Below are positions 53,761 to 64,000 of a stretch of 64,000 nt of DNA, one piece after another. A program made the position numbers and the translations under genes. Origin of the DNA: Octopus vulgaris (lineage: Eukaryota); NCBI GenBank assembly GCA_951406725.2, contig OX597832.1:22258001-22322000 (forward strand). The letters are read 5' to 3'. The stretch's first letter is position 1. Each line of letters begins with the position of its first letter. The notes under the pieces are model-generated. The model was not told the origin of the DNA, made no database searches, and saw only the letters and a list, made by a program, of their open reading frames with translations.

Positions 53761-54301
53761 AGTGACAAAAACGACGTTTATTGGATGATAATGTTGATGT
53801 TATCAATGTTGATGTCGGAAGAAATGCTTTGCGGCATTTCCTCCGGCTCTTTACGTTCTGATTTCAAACCACACCAGGGTTAACTTTGCTTTTTTTCCCC
53901 CAGGAGTCTTTTAAATAAAGTAGCAGTCACGTACTGAGGATTAGTCGATGGTATCGTGTAGTCCCCTCCCCTCAAAATTATTGGCCTCATGCCTTAATTA
54001 GACGCAGTTACTCTTGTCTTTTAGTTATTGTTGTTATTGATGCTGACGTTGTTACTGGTGTCTGACCCTAAGTCAACCATGATTCAGTAAACCTATAATC
54101 AAGGCTATCCGCCCGCGACCATCTCGTTATCTTTTATTTTTCTCTAGTGGCTGTGTGGTAAGCAGCCTGCTTACCAACCACATAGTTCAAGGTTCATTCC
54201 CACTGCGTGGCATCTTGGGCAAGTGTCTTCTACTATAACCTCGGGCCGACTAAAGCCTTGTGAGTGGATTTGGTAGACGGAAGCTGGATGGTCTGTCTGT
54301 G

Positions 54302-54368
<67 letters not shown>

Positions 54369-55297
54369 TTGTCGGTATGTCTGTCGGTATGTCTATCGGT
54401 ATGTCTGTCTATCTACCTGTGTATTTATCTGGCTGTCTATTAGTCTGTCGGTCTGTCTGCCTGTCTATCTGTCTCTGTCTCTTTCTCTCTTTATCTATTG
54501 ATCTGCGTCTATTTGTCTATGTGCGTGTGTGTGTGTGTATATGCGAGCATATGTGTGTATGCGTGCGTGTGTAATTAAACTAACTCATGTTTCTGACTGT
54601 GTCCATTTTGCCACCCAACTCCAACAACAGAAAAAACCCCACACCAGTTTCCACTCTCCAACGTATACATGATGCCGCTTATTTACACAAGTATATCTCA
54701 TACTCTAATTATATCAGAACCTACCATCACACTTTAGAAAATTAAAGAATAATGACGTAGTACTTCTCCTCTGTACACTCGACGACACAAATTAGATATG
54801 TAACAGTACCCGTTTTGTTATTGAATTTGGAACTAATATCATTAAAATACTTAAATAATAAACTCAGAGACCTCGCCACGGAAGAATTGTGTTTATTCCA
54901 AGAATCACATTACTTTCTTCTGGAGGTGACGAGTTTCTATTTACCGTTACAAGAAGACAAGCTCCCAATTAAATCAGCAACAATAAACACAATCACTAAA
55001 TCACAAGGGGGGAAAGAAGAAAACATTTGTAAGAATTACGTTATGTTTAGAATCAAGTCGGTGTTGCTCACGGGGTCAACCATATTTTGCTTTTGCTTGA
55101 GCGTCAAAACAGTGTTTTAGATTTGAATATTTTAATATAAACAGTGAGAAAAATTCTGCTGTGGTCGATTTTTGCCTTTCATCTTTTCGAGGTCAATAGA
55201 ATAAGTAACACTAGATCACAGGGATCGATGTTATCGAATTACCCATTTTACGAAATTGCTGGCATTGTGCCGAAATTTGAAATTAATATAACAGTAT

Positions 55298-55462
55298 AGG
55301 CGCAAGAGTGGCTGTGTGATAAGTAGCTTGCTTACCAACCATATGGTTGTGGGTTCAGTCCCATTGCGTGGCACCTTGGGCAAGTGTCTTATACTATAGC
55401 CTCGGGCCGACCAAAATCCTTGTGAGTGGATTTGGTAGACGGAAACTGAAGGAAGCCCGTCG

Positions 55463-55501
<39 letters not shown>

Positions 55502-55742
55502 ATGTGTGTGTGTATATATGTGTATGTGTGTGTGCGTGTGTGTGTCTGTCCCCCTAGCATCGCTTGACAACCGATGCTGGTGTGTTTACGTCCCCGTAAC
55601 ATTAGCGGTTCGGCAAACGTGACCGATAGAATAAGTACTAGGCTTCCAAAGAATAAGTCCTGGGGTCGATTTGCTCGACTAAAGGTGGTGCTCCAACATG
55701 GCCACAGTCAAATGACTGAAACAAGTAAAAGAGTAAGAAAGA
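55298..55742 (+). mobile_element. Family B SINE
   Basis: Full length. Confidence 0.88.
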
Positions 55743-55773
<31 letters not shown>

Positions 55774-55899
55774 GTGCCGAAAAGTAATGTCGTATATCAT
55801 TTAATGAGTTCAAATCAGAGTAAAGCATACCATAAATATATTTACTCATTCAAAATATAACTATTTTTCCTCTTGAAAAGGTCTTGAAAATTTTTGGCA

Positions 55900-56250
55900 A
55901 GCGGGGCTAGTCGATTATATCGACCCCAGTGCGTAACTGGTACTTATTTCAGCGACCCCGAAGGAATGAAAAGCAAAGTCGACCTCGGCTGAATTTGAAC
56001 TCAGATCGTAGTGGCAGACGAAATACCTATTTATTTACTACCCACAAGGGGCTAAACACAGAGCGGACAAACAAGGACAGACATAGGTATTAAGTCGATT
56101 ACATCGACCCCAGTGCGTAACTGGTACTTAATTTATCGACCCCGAAAGGATGAAGAGCAAAGTCGACCTCGGCGGAATTTGAACTCAGAACATAGCGGCA
56201 GACGAAATACCGTTAAGAATTTCGCTCGGCGTGCTAACGATTCTGCCAGC
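55900..56250 (-). mobile_element. Family A SINE dimer
   Basis: Same unit and junction. Confidence 0.85.
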
Positions 56251-56299
56251 ATTCAAAATATAACTGCCATCGTTAGCATATGGCTTGCGATTTTTCCAT

Positions 56300-56715
56300 C
56301 TCGGAACGATTCTTCTGATTCATCGAGAAGAAAAATAAATGGAAATGTGGTATTTTAGAAGAGAAAATGCTTGGAGTGCCGTTCCGGCATCATCCCTGAC
56401 TCTGAATAATTTCCCACCGGTGAACTGAATTAGTGAAAGTCTGATGATGCTAGGTCGGGTGAATTTTGAGGATGAGGTAGAGCTCCAAGTCTAATGAATT
56501 TATCTTTTCTTGGATTAACTTCGCAGAATGTAGTCCTGCATGATAAAGTTGTAGGATGATTCCATTTCTCTTGATTAGAGCTGGTTGTTTTTTAAGCAAA
56601 ACTTGATTGACACATTCAAAGTTCTGCTGTAATACTTTTGGTGTGTTCCAATAATTGGAAGTGAAACATACCTATTGTATTCCACCAAACACATACCAGA
56701 ATTTTCTTTGGGTGT
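56300..56715 (-). pseudogene. Decayed mariner catalytic-domain remnant
   Basis: HPKKILVCVWWN..FQLL; GIILQLYHAGLH; HPQNSPDLASSDF. Confidence 0.75.
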
Positions 56716-56868
56716 CTTATCAAATATTAAAAATTCGAAGTCAAGAATAAGGAAATAAGAAAAAAATTAGGAAATAGGATAAAAATTGGAAATTGAAGCA
56801 TTTTCTTCTCATAACTGTGTATAGTTGTTAAGAAAACATTTGGTAATTTCACTTAAAGTCTCTTGTTA

Positions 56869-57335
56869 TGAGGTGGTATCAAAAAGTTCTGTAGCGAGCC
56901 AGCAGATGGCAGCATATGGTTGCGTGTGCAGTGAGAGCTAGCAGTGACCTTCATGAGACAGCGGGCCGAGAGACATTGCTGTGTTTACTTCGCAAGTTGA
57001 GAAATTTGTGATTTTGTGATCACGTGTATGCTGTAGTCTGTGATTCTTGTCATGGACAGGAACAAAGAGCCAAAATGAAATGTTGCGTTAAACTTGGGAA
57101 GTCTTCTACGGAGACATTGAGCATGCTTCGACGAGCTTAGGACGACGAGGCAATGGGTCGTACGTGATGTTTCGAGTGGCACATGCGTTTCAAAAGCAGA
57201 AGGACGTCCCCGGAAGACGATGAGCAATCTGAAGGACCTACCACGAGCTTCACCCTGGAAATATGGTATTATGCATCGGGACTTCATCCCCCAGGGCCAA
57301 TAGAGAGTTCTACCCCAACGTTTTGAAGCGTTTGT
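56869..57335 (+). pseudogene. mariner 5' end and N-terminal remnant
   Basis: TIR-like GAGGTGGTATCAAAAAGTTC; EQRAKMKCCVKLGKSSTETLSML...CFEWHMRFK...EDDE. Confidence 0.85.
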
Positions 57336-57450
57336 CATGCGGCGATAGGATGGCGTTCAAGGAATCAAGTGTCAAAAAATTCTATTGAATTGAATAGTTT
57401 TCTATTCAGGACATGGTCAGCTGTGTGCATGCGTGTGTGCATGCTTGTGA

Positions 57451-57493
<43 letters not shown>

Positions 57494-57807
57494 GGGGAAG
57501 GTATATGTTTTACGGAGAGAATTATTTTTGCGTGTCATTATTCAATTTTATTTCAAGATTTCCTGCCAACAGAGAAATAACCAGTTTCTAATCTAGCTCC
57601 AGGGCATCTGCATAGGAGTTTCAACAGTAACCACAGGGTATTTTTGCTTGTATGTATGTATGTACGTACGTACATACATGCATACACACACACATATATA
57701 TATACGTATATCTATATATATATATACATTTATACATATATATGTATATATATATATATATATATGTACTTATATACATATATATTTATGTGCGTGTGTG
57801 TGTTTGC

Positions 57808-57852
<45 letters not shown>

Positions 57853-58072
57853 CATACATTTCCTAAGAAAGGAATATTCTTGAGAACGTTCTTTTCTTAG
57901 TGGTAAGATCATAGGGGTCGACTTCTAGCATAATGGATGTCCACTTAGTGGTAATCCCTCTTATATGTACGTAATATAATTTTTCTGAATCTATATGCTA
58001 GACCACTGGTTTTAAATTGATATTAATCAAATCAGTATTCAATTGTTTACCTTTATTTTAAATTTAAATTTA

Positions 58073-58160
<88 letters not shown>

Positions 58161-58226
58161 TAAATAATATATAATTATATGCATATGTACATACCTACTT
58201 ATATATGTATAAATATATGCATATAT

Positions 58227-58405
58227 GGGTACAGGACATAAAAAAAAAACGTTGAACACAATGAGAAACGAAAACATAAAAGCCAAAACAAAGAAAACGA
58301 ACTCTTTTTCCAACAACGAAAAAGACAAACAAAGAAACGAGACATGCAACATAAAGAATATTCCCCTTCATCAGTTGTCCCTGTTTCAACTACTCCACGT
58401 TTCGA
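58227..58405 (-). mobile_element. Element with swapped-order hammerhead core motif
   Basis: Reverse complement C-GAAA-25 nt-CTGATGA-AGGGG; terminus GGGTACAGGAC. Confidence 0.6.
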
Positions 58406-58409
58406 TATA

Positions 58410-58537
58410 TATGGTTCCGGGTTCAGTCCCACTGCGTGACACCTAGGTCAAGTGTCTTCTATAATAGCCTCGGGCTGATCAAAACCTTATGAGTGGATTT
58501 GGTAGACGGAAACTGAAAGAAGCCCGTTGTATATATG

Positions 58538-58583
<46 letters not shown>

Positions 58584-58810
58584 CGTGTGTGTGTGTTTGT
58601 ATGTATGTATTTGTGTGCCTGTGTTTGTCCCTCCACTATCGCTTGACAAACGACGTTGGTGTGTTTACGTCCCCGTAACTTAGCGGTTCGGCAAAAGAGA
58701 CTGATAGAATAAGTACTAGTCTTACAAAAAATAAGTCCTGGGGTCGATTTCTTCGACTAAACGCGGTGCTCCAGCATGGCCGCAGTCACATGACTGAAAC
58801 AAGTAAAATA
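58410..58810 (+). mobile_element. Family B SINE, 5' truncated
   Basis: Matches family B. Confidence 0.85.
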
Positions 58811-58814
58811 GTAT

Positions 58815-58870
<56 letters not shown>

Positions 58871-58871
58871 T

Positions 58872-59066
58872 AAATTAGAGATAAAACCACTATTAGGCAA
58901 ATCAAACAATGAAAAACTTAAGCCAATACATAAAATTAATTAATTTATATTATTTTAAATATATATCAAAAGTATTAAAAGTTTAATAAAAGATAATAAG
59001 TAAAACACTACGATCGTTTCATGGCTGTCCAATTCGTAATAATTCGAGTTATGGTTACAGTCAATC
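58872..59066 (-). mobile_element. (TA)n-embedded element with the 3' half of a hammerhead
   Basis: Reverse complement long hairpin then GAA-ACGATCGT-A; 5' core missing at the (TA)n. Confidence 0.5.
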
Positions 59067-59565
59067 ATATATATATATATATATTCTTTTAAAAGTCACC
59101 AACAACAGATGTTATGCTTATGTTCTTAGTTGAGTTCTGTTATCACTAAACCTAAAAGTGTGTGCGTCTGTGTGTATGCGTGTGTGCGTATGTGTGTATG
59201 CGTGTGTGAGTATGCTTGTGTAATATGGAGCGTTCATAAGTAATACAATATTAGTCATCGTTTCATCCGCGAGAGGGTAAAGCACTTTCTGATAGATTGC
59301 TTTATCCACACCTCCTACCTTTCTTCTCAGCAGTTGGTTGTATGCCTCTTACTCCTCCGACTACTCCTCCTTCAGGGAACAACTGGCAAAAGAAAACACA
59401 ACACAGATAAATGTTAGTTTTTCACTTTGTTTATAGCAGCAACAGTGGAGGCGCAATGACCTAGTGGTTAGGGCAGCGGACTCGCGGTCGGCTGGTGGGG
59501 TGCACTGAACCCGAAACCATGTTGTTGGAAAGCAAGTTTCTTACCACACAACCACTTCTGCGCCA

Positions 59566-59611
<46 letters not shown>

Positions 59612-59613
59612 TT

Positions 59614-59653
<40 letters not shown>

Positions 59654-59683
59654 AACGTTATGAATAATAAACGTTATGAACTC

Positions 59684-59736
<53 letters not shown>

Positions 59737-59855
59737 CATACACACACACACACAGACATATATATATATATATGTAATATGTGACAATTTACAGATAAAT
59801 TCCTCTATTTAAATAATATCGAGGTCTCTTTCTTTTGTTATATTACCGTTTTTAT

Positions 59856-59927
<72 letters not shown>

Positions 59928-59934
59928 ATATCTA

Positions 59935-59980
<46 letters not shown>

Positions 59981-60031
59981 ATATATATATATATATATAT
60001 ATACAATAAATGTTATGAATACATAAACTAC

Positions 60032-60072
<41 letters not shown>

Positions 60073-60309
60073 CATGCACACACATAAACATATATATATA
60101 TATTAATACTGATACAATTTAATCCTGCCTATAAAATGATTAATTGAAATAGTGTGGTTTTTAAGCTTACTTAATAACTGTGGTTATTTAGCTTACTCTT
60201 ACATTATACTACGGAAGACGGTAGGGATTATAATTTTTGTATGACTTAATAGAGTTGTCGCTGTTTTTAGTTACGTATTTAGGAGAAGGTTGTAATTCAC
60301 TTATTGAAT

Positions 60310-60545
60310 TTATTTACTGATACGGTTGTTCATTGGGTAAATGTGTTTGAAAGTTGTGGTTTCTTTGGTTTGTTTTTCCCCGAACAACACTTATTTTAGG
60401 GCTGTTGACACCGCCGGATTGAGTGGTACTACTCATGTGTCGAAACCGTAATGATATCCATGAGCCAGCTGATGATGGAGGTACGTAGGATTGTTGGTAT
60501 GGCTTTGGAATAGTATTATAAGACATCGTTTTGATACATTGTACA
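60310..60545 (+). mobile_element. Element with swapped-order hammerhead core motif
   Basis: GACAC..GTGTC-GAAA(60442)-23 nt-CTGATGA. Confidence 0.5.
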
Positions 60546-60582
60546 TTTATACAAATATATATACGTATGTATATATATATAC

Positions 60583-60643
<61 letters not shown>

Positions 60644-60686
60644 ATGATATATGTATATATATACATACATGCATGTATGTATGTAT

Positions 60687-60830
60687 GGGTACAGGACGTC
60701 ACCAACGGTGCAAATAACATGAAATACGTAAACAAGGAGGAAAAAAGGAAAACAGGACAAGGTAAAACAGAGAGAGTACCCTTCATCAGTTGTCGGCTGT
60801 CTATCTACTCCTTATTTCGACCACTCAACG

Positions 60831-60835
<5 letters not shown>
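60687..60835 (-). mobile_element. Element with swapped-order hammerhead core motif
   Basis: Reverse complement GTC-GAAA-25 nt-CTGATGA-AGGG; terminus GGGTACAGGAC. Confidence 0.6.
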
Positions 60836-60878
<43 letters not shown>

Positions 60879-61063
60879 GCATGTATGTAGATATATGTAT
60901 ATGTACTTCTATATGTGTGTATGTGTGAGCGCGTGCGTTATACACGTACAGATATATATATATTCATATAGTTACACACACAAGCACATACATACATACA
61001 CAATCACACACACATACATACATACATCTATACATACATTCATGTATATATATATATATATGA

Positions 61064-61287
61064 TCTGGCAGAAACGTTAGCACGCCAGGCGAAATGCGTA
61101 GCCGTATTTCGTCTGCCGTTACGTTGTGAGTTCAAATTCCGCTGAGGTTGACTTTGCCTTTCATCCTTTCGGGGGGTCGATAAATTAAGTACCAGTTACG
61201 CACTGGGGTCGATTTAATCGACTTAATACCTATGTCTGTCCTTGTTTGTCCTCTCTGTGTTTAGCCTCTTGTGGGTAATAAAGAAAC
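61064..61287 (+). mobile_element. Family A SINE monomer
   Basis: Head, B box, Nin-like domain and tail. Confidence 0.85.
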
Positions 61288-61421
61288 ATATATATATATA
61301 TATATGTATATATATACATACATTCATGCATGCATGTATATATATACATTCATGCATGCATGTATATATATATTTATATATATATATTTATATATTTATA
61401 TATATATATATACATTCATGC

Positions 61422-61457
<36 letters not shown>

Positions 61458-61972
61458 TTGCATGCATTCATATATATACACACAATGATATATATATATA
61501 TAAATACATGCATGCATGAATGTATGCATACATACATGTTTACATGCATACAAATACATACATGCAATTTGTATACGCGCGCGCGCACACACACACACAC
61601 ACACACATCCAAACATATAAAGGCACATACTTGTACCCTCGCTCAGAGCATACTTATACATTTACACGCGTTTAATTTGTGTATGTGTGTGTATGTATGT
61701 GTGCATGTGTGCGTGTTTTGTTCCTTTCTTTTTTTTTCTTCAATTCTTTACTGTTGAACAGGAACTAACTGCATGCTGGGCCATGTGTTTATATCAGGTG
61801 GAAGCTATGACGTCAGCAGTTAGCCACCAAATAATTCGGTTCATCCTGCTGGAATATAGAGGGAAAAATAAGCGAAAAACCAAAAAAAGAAAAAGAAAAA
61901 ATGGGGAAGAGATAAAGAAACAAGGAAATAAACACTGACTGGAGGCGATTGCGTAAGATTGATAACGCCTGT

Positions 61973-62003
<31 letters not shown>

Positions 62004-62017
62004 GCACCACCACCACC

Positions 62018-62062
<45 letters not shown>

Positions 62063-62128
62063 AACAGAAACAACAAGAGCGATGTTATCAACAACAACAG
62101 CAGGAACAACAACAAAACGAACGTGAAA

Positions 62129-62610
62129 TGTGTGGTAAGTAGCTTGCTTACCAACCGCATGGTTCCGGGTTCAGTCCCACTGTGCGTGTGACACCTTGGG
62201 CGAGTGCCTTCTTTCTTAGCCTCGGGCCGACCAAAATCCTTGTGAGTGGATTTGGTAAACGGAAACTGAAAGAAGCCCGTCGTATATATGTGTATGTATA
62301 TATATGTGTGTGTTTGTCTGTCTGTGTTTGTTCCCCCGCAATATCGCTTGACAACCGATGCTGGTGTATTTACGTCCCCATAACTTAGAAGCTCGTCGTA
62401 TATATGTATATGTGTATATATGTGTGTTTGTGTGTCTGTGTTTGTCCCCCCTAGCATCGCTTGACAACCGATGCTGGTGTGTTTACGTCCCCGTAACTTA
62501 GCTGTTCGGCGAAAAGAGACCGATAGAATAAGTACTAGGCTTACAAAGATTTGATGGAGTAAAGGCGGTGCTCCAGCATGGCCGCAGTCAAATAACTGAA
62601 ACAAGTAAAT
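62129..62610 (+). mobile_element. Family B SINE with duplicated microsatellite module
   Basis: GAAGC(C/T)CGTCG-microsatellite-GCTTGACAACCGATGCTGG block occurs twice. Confidence 0.85.
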
Positions 62611-62839
62611 AAAAAAAAAAAACAATCTATTTAACTGTAGACACAAGGCCTGACATTTTGTAGGGAGGGGTCAAGTCGATTACATCGACCCCGGAGTGCA
62701 AATGGGATTTATTTCGTCGACCCCTAAATATGAACGTCAGATTCGACCTCGGCAGCATTTGAACTCTGAAAGTAAAGGCGGAAGAAATGCCGCGAAGCAT
62801 CTTCTTTAGCTTACTAACGAGACTGACAGCTCGTCGCCT

Positions 62840-62872
62840 TAATAATAATACTACTAATAATAATAATAATGA

Positions 62873-62925
<53 letters not shown>

Positions 62926-62974
62926 ATAATAATAATAATAATAATAATAATGATAATAATAATAATAATAATGA

Positions 62975-63042
<68 letters not shown>

Positions 63043-63085
63043 ATAATAATAATAATAATGATAATAATAATAATAATAATAATGA

Positions 63086-63123
<38 letters not shown>

Positions 63124-63162
63124 ATAATAATAATAATAATAATAATGATGATGATGATGATG

Positions 63163-63247
<85 letters not shown>

Positions 63248-63274
63248 TAATAATAATAATAATAATAATAATGA

Positions 63275-63343
<69 letters not shown>

Positions 63344-63366
63344 TGATGATGATGATGATGATGATG

Positions 63367-63418
<52 letters not shown>

Positions 63419-63441
63419 TAATAATAATGATGATGATGATG

Positions 63442-63482
<41 letters not shown>

Positions 63483-63483
63483 T
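62840..63483. repeat. Compound (AAT)/(ACT)/(GAT) microsatellite
   Basis: Seen directly. Confidence 0.97.
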
Positions 63484-64000
63484 AAATGCCCTGATGTAGT
63501 ATCAGGCAGTGGCTCTCGTGGGTTCTGATCTTAACTGATTGGAAGTGTTATCATGTACATTGTTTTGTCTTGGTATAAAAGATGGGCTACAGCAAATATT
63601 CTGCTCAATACCACAGATTTGCTTGTCAGTTGTTTGACCTTAACCAGTTGAGCATGTCCCTTAGTGGCTGACGATATGTGCTTCTCTGATCACGAGCAGA
63701 AGTAGTGGGGGAGCATCATAGCCATGTGTTGAGAGGGATTCTTTGGGGTTTGAATAGTTCACCTCTGGAAACATGGGTGGTTCTTTCAACATCCTTAAAC
63801 AACCCTTATTCAGGGACCTTTTGAGCGGGATGGGCTACTCAACCTGAAAAAATTTCTAACTGGGCCCCACCTACAAGGTCATGTGCTTTTTATCTTGATA
63901 TGAGATCACCATGTCGAGCACATATGGTTGTGATGCATGTGCCTGGTGTACCCTTATCAGACGGGTAGTCATGATGGGTATATTGGGCTTCGTATATTTT
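63484..64000 (+). mobile_element. (TAA)n-associated non-coding element, runs off the window
   Basis: Inverted match to 17470-17985. Confidence 0.8.

Noticed and set aside
52500-53806. Long ORFs of 226-406 aa, and similar ones at 8796-9649, 15698-16639, 39991-40884, 43657-44524
   Set aside because: Translations of stop-poor microsatellites with no domain content
62787-63528. Poly-N/T/D ORF
   Set aside because: Compound trinucleotide microsatellite preceded by SINE sequence

Overview
AT-rich, non-genic animal DNA, almost entirely repeats. The SINE and microsatellite repertoire resembles an octopus (coleoid cephalopod) genome; this is inference. No intact host protein-coding gene is supported, and nearly all listed ORFs are translated microsatellites or SINEs. 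Contents: four tRNA-derived SINE families, R4/Dong-type LINE fragments in (TAA)n tracts, mariner/Tc1 remnants and MITEs, non-autonomous Helitrons, an old local segmental duplication, and a tRNA-Gly pseudogene fused to a SINE/LINE-type tail. The main signal is about 20 short non-coding elements, most inside or beside (TA)n/(CATA)n tracts, probably Penelope-like pLTR or retrozyme derivatives. About 11 carry minimal type I hammerhead folds with recurring core variants (CCGANGA, CUGUNGA). Six carry the two hammerhead core halves in swapped order (GAAA, 23-26 nt, CUGANGA). Three form long fold-backs. All folds and alignments were done by eye, no activity is shown, and boundaries are approximate.
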